Positions 12,365 through 24,659 of a DNA stretch of 64,000 nucleotides are shown piece by piece; positions within the stretch are counted from its first letter, which is position 1; the number at the start of each line of letters is the position of its first letter. The notes beneath the pieces are model-generated. The model did not search any database. It had not been told where the DNA came from and saw nothing but the letters and a program-made list of their open reading frames with translations. This stretch comes from Felis catus (lineage: Eukaryota), in assembly GCF_018350175.1 (NCBI RefSeq), contig NC_058368.1, forward strand, positions 19,346,001 to 19,410,000, in the 5' to 3' direction. The position numbers were made by a program, and so were the translations under genes.

Positions 12365-13380
12365 TGTTTGGTGTTTTTTTTTAATTCTTTTTTCTTAATT
12401 AACTATATTCCCCATGCTGTACATGGTATCCCCATGACCTATTCATCCCATAACTGGAAGCCTGTGTCTCCCACTCCCCTCACCCATTTTGCCCTTCCTC
12501 CCATCCCCTTCCCCTCTGGCAACCATCAACTTGTTCTCTGTATTTATGGGTCTCTTTCTTTTTGTGTATTCACTTATTTTGTTCTCTAGATTCCACATAT
12601 GGGTGAAACCATGTGGTATTTGTCTTTCTCTGACTTATGTCACTTAGCGTCATGCCTTCTATATCCATCCATGTTGCCACAAATGGTAAGATCTCATCCT
12701 TTTTATGGCTGAGTAATACTCCTTGTGTATACTCCTTGTATATATATACCACCTCTTTATCCATTGGTCTATCGATGGACAGTTGGGCTGCCTCCATACC
12801 TTGGCTATTATAATCAATACTGCAATAGACATAGAGATGCAGATATCTTTTTGAATTAGCATTTTCACTTTCTTTGGGTAAATACCCAGTAGTGGAGTTA
12901 CTGGGTCATGAGGTGGTTCTATTTTTAGTTCTTTGATGAACCTCCATACTGTTTTCCACAGTGGCTGCATGAATTTGCACTCCCACCAAAGTGCATGAGG
13001 GTTCCTTTTTCTCCACATCCTCACCAACACATGTTATTTCTGGTCATTTTGAATGTAGCCATTCTGAAAGGTGTAAGGTGACATCTTATTGTGGTTTTAG
13101 TTTGCATTTTCCCAATGGTTAGTGATGTTGAATGTCTTTTCATGTGTGTGTTGGCCATCTGTATATCTTCTTTGGAAAAATGTCTATTTGGGTCCCCTGC
13201 CCATTTTAGTTGGCTTATTTGTTTTTGAGGGGGTTCAGTTGTATAAGTTCTTTATATATTTTGGATATTAACCCCTTATCAGATGTATCATTTGCAAATA
13301 ACTTCTCCCATTCAGTAGGTTGCTTTTTTGTGTTGTTGATGCTATCCTTTGCTGTCCAAAAGCTTTCTATTTGGGTGTAG
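12365..13380 (-). mobile_element. L1 3' fragment (ORF2 C-terminus and 3'UTR)
   Basis: Minus-strand ORFs with [22 protein letters not shown] and EILPFVATWMD motifs. Confidence 0.9.
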
Positions 13381-14443
13381 TAAAGCAATGTGTTTTTTTT
13401 TTTAACGAGATGAATTCAAAAAAATCTATGATAAGCAAAATATTCATTTTAAAGGCAAAATCAACAGTCCAGGACTACGGCAAGGAGAGTGAAGTCAGGC
13501 CATGCATGTGAGGGCACTTACTTGCCTTACCCTGGTCTGTCCTTCAAGTCCCAAAGCTGCATGCCAGCCCATGTGACCGAGGGGTGGAGGAAAGACTCCC
13601 TCTCTTTTCCCATGGCTCTGCATTTCTCCTAATCATGGAGTCACTGATCTGTAGCAGAGTTTTTCTAAGAAAGGTAAGACTCTTTCCAACATACAGAAAC
13701 CATCTTTTCTCCACTGAATTAAGTCACCACCTTTATCACGTTCTAAAATTCTGTGTATGTTCTGGTCTATTTATGACTCTTTTCTTCTGTCTTTCCACAC
13801 TTTTCATTTTATATCACGACTGTATCCCAAAGCACTAAACATTGACATTTTATTTTTTATTTTCATTTTAGAGAGAAAGAGCATGCAAGCAAGGGAGAGG
13901 GGCAGAGGGAGAGAGAAGGAATCCACACTGAGTGTGGAGCAATCCTGGGATCATGACCCGAGCCAAAATCAAGAGTTGGATGCTCAAATGACTGAGCCAC
14001 CCAGGCACCCCTATTTGACATTTTAATCATGGTAATATGCCATCATTACCTGTAACCATTTACTGTCATTTCCTGATTTTTTTACCGTTAGATTATTTAT
14101 ATCTTTTTGCCTTTTCTCCTATTAAAAGTGGCATCATGTAAGCTAAGTGTCCTAGTCTGATGTGGAATTGTGCAGTTTCTCCCGGATTTTGCAATGATCA
14201 AAATGCTGGGTAGTATGGACATGAAAACAAGGTATGCATTCTACCCTTGAGGGGCATACACTTCACAGTAAGCAAATGTGCCTGACACATGACAGCTGCT
14301 GGGATAGACACCTGTACAAGGGTTTTCTCTTTCTAGGCTGGAGCAAGGAAAAATGTCATGTGTCTCAGACATGTTAAGAGATAAGAATGGAGTAGGCCAG
14401 AGTACCTGCCTGGTAGTTCGTCCAAGAATGAGAACAGGGCATC

Positions 14444-15126
14444 TGTATTAGTCAGAGTTCTCCAGAGAAAGAGATGGAATAAAGAATTAATGCATACGGT
14501 TATGGACGCTGGCATGTCCAAAATCTACAGTAAGGGCAGGCAGGCTGGAGACTCGGGAGAGCTAACAGTACAGTACAAGTCCAAAGGCCATGATGGCCAT
14601 CAGTCTGGAGAACTAAAAAGAGCAGATGTTCCAGTTTGAGTCTGAAGGCCATCTTTGGCCATCTTTGCAGAATTTTTCTTGCTGGGAATGGGGAGAGTCA
14701 GACTTTTATTGTGTCCAGGCCTTCAGCTGATTAGACGAGGCCCGCCACATTCTGAAGGGCAATCTACTTTACTCAGAGTCTGCCAATTTAACTGTCAATC
14801 TCACCCAAAAACACCCTCACAGAAACACTCAAAATAATATTTAACCAGGGGCGCTTGGGTGGCTCAGTTGGTTAAGCATCCGACTTCGGCTCAGGTCGTG
14901 ATCTCGTGGTCCGTGAGTTTGAGCCCCACATCAGGCTCTGTGCTGACAGCTCAGAGCCTGTAGCCTGCTTCAGATCCTGTGTCTCCCTCTCTCTCTGCCC
15001 CTCCCCTGCTCATGCTCTGTCTCTCTCTGTCTCAAAAATAAATAAAAACATTTAAAAAAATAATATTTGACCAAGTATCTGGGCACCCTGTGGCCCAGCC
15101 AAGCTGATATAAAATTAACCATCACA
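14444..15126 (+). mobile_element. MLT2-like (ERVL) solo LTR, interrupted by a SINE at 14848-15056
   Basis: TGTATTAGTCAGAGTTCTCCAGAGAAA...AAAATTAACCATCACA termini; 5-bp TSD GCATC/GCAAC; SINE TSD AAAATAATATTT(A/G)ACCA. Confidence 0.8.
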
Positions 15127-16099
15127 GCAACTAACTGAAAGCAGAAAGTTGTTGAAATCCAATGCACAGGGCTGTCAGTATTCCCAGGGCTGACTTGGGA
15201 GAAGTGCTCAAACATCAGAGCCAGGGAGAAGGAAAGCTGAGAAGCCAGCAGGGACAGGAAAAAGACCCTCTTTTCCTCAGGATGCAACAATCAAGATTAA
15301 AATTGTTCAACACAGCTCCCTAAAAAGGAGAGAGATAATAAAAGTGTACACAGTTGAGTTCTGTGATCTGAGGGTTCCACTCCATGTATGGAAAGTGGTA
15401 CAGGACCCCTGTGTCTTGTGAGCTGTGGGAGAGAAAGCCCTAGAATGCAATCTCATGACCAAAGCTACACTCCCTGCCCCCCCCACACACACACCACAGG
15501 TTATACATGTTTTAAGTATCTTCATAGCTCATACAACTTGAGACCAAAACCAGGTCAAAAATATGAGAAGAAAGCTAGAGATAGTAGAAGAACTTAATTT
15601 TTGAGTTTTGTTTTTCTGTGGACATTATGTTCCCCTTCTAAAATATAATTTTTTAATTACGATATTCCTCTGTAATAGTGGTAGAGTGTTTAAAACAACT
15701 GGAACATGTATTGCTACTATCACTACTTAAAATTATTCTACATTATGATTTTCTTGAAGTACGTAATGGGAAGATTTTTGTTGTTATAAGACTATATAGA
15801 TTATCATTGGAGCACTTCGGTGGCTCAGTAGGTTAGGCGTCTTGCGGCTCAGATCATGATCTCACGGTTCGTGAGTTCAGACCCTGCTCTGCGCTGGCAG
15901 TGTGGAACCTGCTAGGGATTCTCTCTCCCTCTGTTTCTGCCCCTACCCACCGCCCCCCCTCCCCCCCCCCCCGCCGTCTGTCTGTCTGTCTCTCTCTCTC
16001 TCAAAAATAAACACTTTTTAAAAAGGACTATATAGATCATCATAGTTGCTATATTATTTGGAACTCTAGTTCTTAACTAAAAGCAGGATGTGTTTGTTT

Positions 16100-16457
16100 T
16101 TTGATTGAGGTAAAATTGGTATGTATAATTTGACCTCTCCATTAATTATAAAGTGATCGCCTCTGAAAGTCTAGCTATCATCCATCACCATACATTTGAC
16201 CTCCTTTGCCCATTTGATCCACCCCTACCCCCTCCCCTCTGGTAACCACCAATCAGCTCTTTGTGTCTATAAGTTTTTCTTTTGTTTGCTCATTTGTTTT
16301 GTTTTCTTTTATTTTTAGATTCCACATAGGAGTGAAATCATATGTTTTCTTATCTTTCTCCCTCTGACTTATTTCACTAAACATAACACCCTCAAATCCA
16401 TCCATGTTGTTGCAGATGGCAAGATCGCAAACCTTTTTATGACTGATATTCCACTGT

Positions 16458-16499
<42 letters not shown>

Positions 16500-17110
16500 G
16501 CACACCACCACCTCTTTATCCATTCAGCCATCGATGGACACTTAGGTTGCTTGCATATCTTGACTATCGTAAATGATGCTGCAATAAACATAGGGGTGAT
16601 ATATATTTTTGAATTAGTGTTTTCATACTCTGGATAAATACCCAGAAGCGGAGTAACTGGGTCATATGGTAGTACTATTCTTTTTTTTTTTTAATATTTA
16701 TTTATTTTTGAGACAGAGAGAGACAGAGCATGAACGGGGGAGGGTCAGAGAGAGGGAGACACAGAATCGGAAGCAGGCTCCAGGCTCTGAGCTGTCAGCA
16801 CAGAGCCCCACGCGGGCTCGAACTCACGGACTGTGAGATCATGACCTGAGGCGAAGTCGGATGCTTAACCGACTGAGCCACCTAGGTATCCCATGGTAGT
16901 ACTATTCTTAAAGTTTTGAGAAGTAAACATATTTCTGAACCAATTTACATTCCCACCAACAGTGTACAAGGGTTTCCTTTTCTCCACATCTTTGCCAATA
17001 CTTGGGTTGTTTTTTTTTTTTTTTTCAATGATAGTCAATCTAAGCAGTGTGAGGTGATATCTCATTGTAGTTTTGATTTGCACTTCCCTAATAAATAGTG
17101 ATGCTGAACA
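16100..17110 (-). mobile_element. L1 3' fragment with a (TG)n tract and a nested SINE (16681-16892)
   Basis: [12 protein letters not shown] motif; SINE TSD ATGGTAGTACTATTC at 16666-16680 and 16893-16907. Confidence 0.88.
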
Positions 17111-17449
17111 AGCATGATGTGTTTTTGCCTCCAGGGAGCATGGCCATTCTCATTCATAAAGAAAGTAGTCTCCAGGCACCTATGTGGCTCAGTTGGTAGA
17201 GCATCCAATTCTTGATTTTAGGTCTTGATCTCAGAGTCATTAGTTCAAGTCCCACATTGGGTGTGGAGCCTACTTTAAAAAAAGTGGGGTGGGGGAGTCT
17301 CATCATCACTAATTCTCTTTTTCTAAGAGAAGAGATCATGAAAAATGACATTAGAAATTGCTCATCTTGATAGCTATAAAGTGAGACTAATGGAACAAAA
17401 TATTCTCAGGTAAAAGTTTTACTTGAGTAGTTTGGGGGATTAAAAACAA

Positions 17450-19027
17450 TTTACAGATGACATGATACTATATATAGAAAGGCCAAAGGCTCCAACCAAA
17501 AACTACTAGAATAAATGAATTCTGTAAAGTTGCAGATTACAAAATTAAAGCACAGCAATCGGTTGCATTTCTATACACTTGTAATGAAGTAGCAGAAAGA
17601 GAAATTTAAAAAACAATTCCATTTATAATTGCACCAAAAAGAATACAACACCTAGGAATAAACTTAACTAGGGAGGCGAAAGCCCTATACTCTGAAAACT
17701 ATTAAAACATTGACGAGAGAAATTGAGGACAACACAAACAAATGGAAAGACATTCCATGCTCATGGATTGGAAGAATTAATCTTGTTAGAATATCTATAC
17801 TACCACTACCCAAAGCAATCTACCCGTTCAATGCAATCCCTATCAAAATAGCACAACATTCTTCACAGAACTAGAACAAACAATTCTAAAATTTGTAAGG
17901 AACCAGAAAAGACCCCAAATAGCCAAAGTAATGTTGAAAAAGAAAACCAAAGCTGGAGGCATCACAGTTCTGGACTTCAAGGTATATTACAAAGTTGTAA
18001 TCATCAAGACAGTATGGTACTGGCACAAAAATAGACACACAGATCAATGGAACAGAATAGAGAACTCAGAAATGGACCCACAAATGTACAACCAACTAAT
18101 CGTTGACAAAGCAGGAAAGAATATCCAATGGAAAAAAAGACAGTCTCTTCAACAGATGGTGCTGGGAAAACTGGACAGCAACATGCAAAAGAATGAAAAT
18201 AGACCACTTTCTTATACTATACACAGAAATAAATTCAAAATGTGTGAAAAACCTAAATGTAAGACATGAAACCATCAAAATCCTAGAGGAGAACACAGGC
18301 AGCAACCTTTTTGAACTTGGCCACAGCAACTTTCTACTAAACATGTCTCTGGAGGCAGGGAAAACAAAAGCAAACATGAACAATTGGGATCTCATCAAGA
18401 TATAAAGCTTCTGCTCAGTAAAGGAAACAATCAACAAAACTAAAAGGCAACTGGGAGAAGATATTTGTAAATGACACATCTGGTAAACAGTATAGAGAAT
18501 CTATAGATTCTACAGAATTATAGAGAACTTATCAAACTCAACGCCCAAAAAACAAGCAATATAATTAAGAAATGGGCAGAAGACATGAATAGACATTTTT
18601 CCAAAGAAGATATCCAGATGGCTAACAGACACATGAAAAGATGCTCCACATCACTCATGATCAGGGAAATACAAATCAAAACCACAATGAGCTACCACCT
18701 CACACCTGTCAGAACAGCTAAAATTAACAACTCAAGAAACAATAATTTGCTGAGGATGCAGAGAAAGGGGAACCCTCTTACACTGTTGGTGGTTATGCAA
18801 ACTGGTGCAGCCACTCTGGAAAACAATATGGAGGTTACTCAAAAAATTAGAAACAGAGCTACCCTACCATCCAGCAATGGCACTACTGGGTGTTTATCCA
18901 AAGGATACAAAAACGCTGATTCGAAGGGGCACATACACCCCAATGTTTATAGCAGCACTATCAACGATAGCCAAATTATGGAAAGGACCCAAATGTCCAT
19001 CGACTGATGAATGGATAAAGATGTGGT

Positions 19028-19084
<57 letters not shown>

Positions 19085-20165
19085 ATGGAATATTACTTGG
19101 CCATCAAAAAGAATGAAATCTTGCCATTTGCAACATGGATGGAACTAGAGTATGTTATGCTAAGCAAAATACTCAAATTTGGTATTTAAGAAACAAAACA
19201 GATGAACATAAGGGAAGGGAAGCAAAAATAATACAAAAACAGAGAGGGAGACAAACCATAAGAGACTCTTAAATACAGAGAACAAACAGGGTTTCTGGAG
19301 AGGCAGTGGGTGAGGGGTGGTCTAAATGGGTGATGGGCATTAAAGAGGGCACCAGATGGGATGAGCACTTGATGTTATATGTAAATGATGAATCATTAAA
19401 TTCTACTCCTGAAACCAATATTACACTATATGTTAACATGAATTTAAATAAAAAAAAAGAATATCCATACTACACAAAGCATTATGCAGATTGAATGCAA
19501 TCTCTATCAAAATACCAGTAGCTTTTTTTACATAACTAGAACAAATAATGCGAAATTTTGTATGGAACCACAAAAGACCTTGACTAGTCAAAGCAATCTT
19601 GAGAAAGAACAACAAAGCTGGAGGTATCACAATCCCACATCTCAAGATATACTACAAAGCTGTAGTAATCAAAATAATATGGTTTTGGCACAAAACTAGA
19701 CACATAGACAAATAGAAAAGAATACAGAGCCCAGAAATAAACCCATGATTATATGGTCAATTAATCTATGAAAAAGGAGGCAAGAATGGGAAGACAGTCT
19801 CTTCAATAAATGGTGCTGGGAAAACTGGATAGCTACATGCAAAAGAATGAAACTGGACCACGTTCTTACACCATACCCAAAAATAAAATCAAAATGGAAT
19901 AAAGGCCTAGATGTGAGACCTGAAACAATAAAACTCCTAGAAGAAAACATAGGGAATAATTTCTTTCATATTGGGCATAGCAACATTTTTCTAGATATGT
20001 CTCTTCAGGTAAAGAAAATAAAAGCAAAAATAAACAATTGGGACTACACCAAAATAAAACGTTATCGCATAGCAAAGGAAACCATCAACAATACAAAAAG
20101 GCAACCTAAAATGAGAGAAGATATTTGTAAGTGGTATCTGATAAAGGATTATATAAAGAACTTAT

Positions 20166-20197
<32 letters not shown>

Positions 20198-20775
20198 CCC
20201 AAAAAAGTCCCATTAAAAATGGACAGAGGACCTGAATAGACATTTTTCTAAAGAATACATACAGATGGCCAACAGACCCATGAAAACTTGCTCATTACTA
20301 ATTATCAGGGAAATGCAAATCAAGACCACAATGAGATATCACCTTACACCTGTCAGAATGGCTAGAATCAAAAAGAGAAGAAACAAGCGTTGGTGAGGAT
20401 GTGGAGAAAAAGGAAACCTTGTGCGCTGTTGGTGGGAATGTAAATTGGTGTAGTCATCATGGAAAACATTATGGAGTTTCCTCAAAAAAACAAAAATAGC
20501 ACTACTATCCAATCTAGTAATTCTACTACTGGGTATTTGCCCAAAGGAAATGAAAACACTAATTCAAAAAGATATATGCACCTCTGTATTTATTGTAGCA
20601 TTAATCATAACAGCCAAAGTATGGAGACAACCCAAGTGTCCACTGATAGATTAACAAAGAAGAGGTGGCATGAAATCTTGCCATTTGTGACAACATGGAT
20701 GGATATAGAAGGCATTATGCTAAGTGAGACAAGTCAGATAAAGACAAATACCATATGATTTCACTCATGTACAAT
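17450..20775 (+). mobile_element. Host L1 ORF2 fragment (17450-17803 and 19458-20775), split by a second L1
   Basis: Frameshifted ORF2 motifs ([40 protein letters not shown]). Confidence 0.88.
17804..19457 (+). mobile_element. 5'-truncated L1 with 3'UTR and A tail, inserted into the host L1
   Basis: [50 protein letters not shown](T/C)ATACTAC at 17788-17803 and 19458-19473. Confidence 0.88.
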
Positions 20776-20877
20776 CTATGTCTTTTCTAGAATTTCATGT
20801 AAATGAAATCACAAGGTATGTAGTCCTTTGTATCTGGCTTCTTAAATGTAATGGCATGTTTTTGAGTCTCACTCATG

Positions 20878-21764
20878 GTGAGATAATAGAAAATATGTAT
20901 TGGTCTCTGCCCCTGGTTCCTGGCATAGAGCTTCTAAAACCCATGTAATTTCCTAAGTGATAAGGGCACTAGGAGCACCTTTCACTCTCTTGAGGAAACT
21001 CTTGGTGGGATTCTGGATGGGGGCTCATCACCAGGAAGATCAAGCCCTGATAAGAAGCTTGGAATCTTCAGGTCCTTCTGTGGCCTCCCACTTCTCCAGA
21101 GAATGGAGAGAGAGTGGAAACAGAGTTAATAATTGATCATGCTTACATGAGAAAGTCTTCATAAAATCCCAATAGTTTGGGGTTTGGAGAGCTTCCAGGT
21201 TGGTGAACTCATCCACACCAGGAGAGTAGCACACCCTAACTCCACAGGGAGCAGAAGAAGCTCCTACACTCGGGACCCTTCCAGACCTTGCTCTATGTAT
21301 CTCTTCATCTGGCTGTTCATCTGTATCCTTTATCTTTAAAAAATTAATAAACATACAAAAATACTTCTGAGGTTTATGAGCTGCTCTAGCAAATTTTAGC
21401 AAACCCCAAAGAAGGGTTCAGCAAATTTTACCAAACCCCAAAAAGGGGTTCAGTCAGAAGCACAAGTGATAACCTAGGTTTCCACTGTCATCTGAAGTTG
21501 AAGGGCAGGAGTCTTGTAGGACTGAGTCCTTGGCCTGTGGGAGCTAACACTCTCTCCAGGTCATGTTAGAATTGAATTAAATTGTAGGGTACCCAGTTGG
21601 TGTCACAAGTTGCTTGTTGTGGAGAAAGAACCTCCACACCTTTGGTGACCAGAGATGTCAGAAATGAAACATTCTATGTAACAGCTAAGACATGCTGGAA
21701 ATAAACAAAATCAGGGAGAGCTGAATGTTTCCCTGTACAGGAAGGAAAAAACTGAGTTTTTTCA
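20878..21764 (+). mobile_element. MER21-like LTR
   Basis: AATATGTATTGGTCTCTGCCCCTGGTTCCTGGCATAGAGC start and GGGACCCTTCCAGACCTTGCTCTATGTATCTCTTCATCTGGCTG body resemble remembered MER21 consensus; internal 32-bp duplication at 21388-21451. Confidence 0.65.
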
Positions 21765-22473
21765 TTTTATCCATGTTGTCTTATTCAGTATTTTGTTCCT
21801 TCTTATTGCTAAGTAATGGTCAATTGTATGGCTATGTCACAATTTTTTTATCCACTCATTGGCTGATGGAGATTTCGCTAATTTGCTGCTTAGGGCTATT
21901 ATGAATAAAGATAGTATAAACATATGCGTACATGCTTTCATTTCTCCTGGGTAAATACTTAGAAGAGTAATTGTGGGGTCATATGGTGAGTACATGGTTA
22001 ACTTTATAAGAAACTGTCAAACTGTTTTCTTAAGTAGCTGTATCATTTTGTATCAGTAACCAGTGGTGTATGAGAGTTCAAGTTCCTGGCCAAACTTTAG
22101 TATTGTCTATCTTTAAAGTATTAGCCATTTTAGTGGATGCATGGTGAGTGGTATTTCATTGATAGTAATTGCATTTTCCTGATGACTAAGAATGTTAGGT
22201 ATCTTTCCATGTGCTTATTTTTGTCCCTATATGTTCTTTGGTGAAGTGCAATTTTTTTTTTTTTTGCACATTGAAAAAATTGAGTTGTCAGAAGGCTTAC
22301 ATATCTTGGTATAAGTTATTAATATGCTTTGTAAATATTTTCTCCTACTCTGTAGTTTGTCTTTTAGTTTTCTAAAGTGTCTTTTGAAGAGCAAAAGTTT
22401 TCATTTTGATGAAATCCAGTGTACTGTTTCTTTTATAGTTTGTGTTGTCTCCTATTTAAGAAAACTTTGCCTA

Positions 22474-23779
22474 TCTAATCTTTGACAAAGCAGGAAAGAG
22501 TATCCAATGGAAAAAACACAGTCTGTTTAATAAGTGTTGCTGGGAGAACTGGACAGCAACATGCAGAAGAATGAAACTAGACCACTTTCTTACACTACAC
22601 ACAAAAATAAACTCAAAATGGATGAAAGACCTGAATGTGAGACAGGAAACCATCAAAATCCTAGAGGAGAAAGCTGGCAACAACCTCTTTGACCTCAGCC
22701 ACAGCAATTTCTTGCTCAACACATCTCCAAAGGCAAGGAAATCAAAAGCAAAAATGAACTATTGTGACATCATCAAGAAAAAAAAGCTTCTGCATTGCGA
22801 AGGAAACAATCAACAAAACTAAAAGGCAACCAACAGAATGGGAAAAGATATTTGCAAATGACCTATTGGATAAAGGGTTAGTATCCAAAATCTATAAAGA
22901 ACTCACCAAACTCTACACCCAAAAAATAAATAATCCAGTGAAGAAATGGACAGAAGACATGAACAGCCACTTTTCCAAAGAAGACATCCAGATGGCCAAC
23001 AGACACATGAAACAATGCTCAACTTCACTCATCATCAGGGAAATACAAATCAAAGCCACACTGAGATACCACCTCATACCGGTCAAGTGGCTGAACGGAA
23101 CAAATCAGGAGACTATAGATGCTGGCGAGGATGTGAAGAAACAGGAACCCTCTTGCACTGTTGGTGGGAATGCAAACTGGTGCAGCTGCTCTGGAAAACA
23201 GTGTGGAGGTTCCTCAAAAAATTAAAAATAGAACTACCCTATGACCCAGCAATAGCACTGCTAGGACTTTACCCAAGGGGTAGAGGAGTGCTGATGCATA
23301 GAGGCACTTGTACCCCAATGTTGATAGCAGCACTTTCAACAATAGCCAAATTATGGAAAGAGCCTAAATGTCCATCAATGGATAAATGCATAAAGAAGAT
23401 GTAGTTTATATATACAATGGAGTACTACTTGACAATGAGAAAGAATGAAATCTGGCCATTTGTGGCAACATGGCTGGAACTGGAGGGTATTATGCTAAGT
23501 GAAATAAGTCAGAAAAAGGTACCATATGTTTTCACTCATATGTGGATCTTAAGAAACTTAACAGAAGACCATGGGGGAAGGGAAGGGGGTAAAAGTTACA
23601 GAGAGGGAGGCAGGCAAACCATAAGAGACTCTTAAATACAGAGAACAAACTCAAAATACAGACAGTTGACGGGAAAGGGGAAGTGGGTGATGGGCATTGA
23701 GGAGGGCACTTGTTGGGATGAGCACTGGGTGTTGTATGGAAGCCAATTTGACAATAAATTGTATTTAAAATAAAAGAGA
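22474..23779 (+). mobile_element. Younger carnivore/felid L1, 5'-truncated
   Basis: Relatively intact ORF2 C-terminus (153- and 152-aa ORFs); perfect TSD AAGAAAACTTTGCCTA at 22458-22473 and 23780-23795; TT|AAGA target site. Confidence 0.93.
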
Positions 23780-23831
23780 AAGAAAACTTTGCCTAACACA
23801 AATCACTGATTTTTCTCCTATGTTTTCTTCT

Positions 23832-24062
23832 TCTTCTTTTTTTTTTTTTAATGTTTATTTATTTTTGAGAGAGACAGAGACAGAATGTGAGTGGGTTAGG
23901 GGCAGAGAGAGAGGGAGACACAGAATCCGAAGCAGGCTCCAGGCTCTGAGCTGTCAGCACAGAGCCCGATGCAGGGCTTGAACTCATCAGCTGTGAGATC
24001 ATGACCTGAGCTGAAGTCGGACGCTCAATCCACTGAGCCACCCAGGTGCCCCCCCACCCCCG
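23832..24062 (-). mobile_element. Carnivore SINE
   Basis: TSD CTATGTTTTCTTCT at 23818-23831 and 24063-24076. Confidence 0.9.
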
Positions 24063-24137
24063 CTATGTTTTCTTCTAGAGGTTTTATTGTTTGAGTTCTT
24101 ACATTTACGTCTACATTCCATTCTGAGGTTTGTTTGT

Positions 24138-24659
24138 TGTCGCGACCGGCGCGACAGACACCGAGGTCAGGGTCCTGAGGGTAGGGGAAAGCAAGAAAAA
24201 AGAGAGAAGAGAAAGTTTGGGAACGGGAGGGTCCCCTGGGCTGATGGCCCAAGTGACGGCTTTATTGTTGCTGTACACAACCTTTTATAATATAAGACTC
24301 TTATGGATCAGGTCATTCTAAGAATAAACAGGTTTCACATGATCACTGCCAGCCAAAACATTTAGTTCTGTATACCTTGTGAACCTTGTGAACGAGTCAC
24401 AAGACCTTGTTGATAGATTGCTAGCAAAACACAGTTCCCATGTTTGTGTCTATCTGACTCGGGGTAGAAAAAGGGAGGTAGCATTACTGCCAACACCTGC
24501 AGACCACAGGCTTCAGGAATTAACTCTCTCAGCCTTGACAAGGCTTTCGTATGCCCTTGAAAGTGGGGAAATGGGAGGGGGAACCACCGGGTTGGCGTGA
24601 GTCAACAGGGAACGTTGCTCGACCCGGTCTCAGCCTGGCACCGGGGCCCGGCCCCCACA
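24138..24659 (-). mobile_element. Solo LTR, probably class II (ERVK/betaretrovirus-like)
   Basis: TG...CA termini; perfect 6-bp TSD GTTTGT (24132-24137 and 24660-24665); on the minus strand it starts TGTGGGGG, with TATAAAA (24283-24289) and AATAAA (24261-24266). Confidence 0.85.

Noticed and set aside
16100..20775. Twin-primed (5'-inverted) single L1
   Set aside because: The minus and plus pieces both include the same 3' ORF2/UTR region, so they are separate insertions.
17931..23635. Functional L1 ORF2 or a domesticated gene
   Set aside because: All copies are 5'-truncated and broken by frameshifts and stops.
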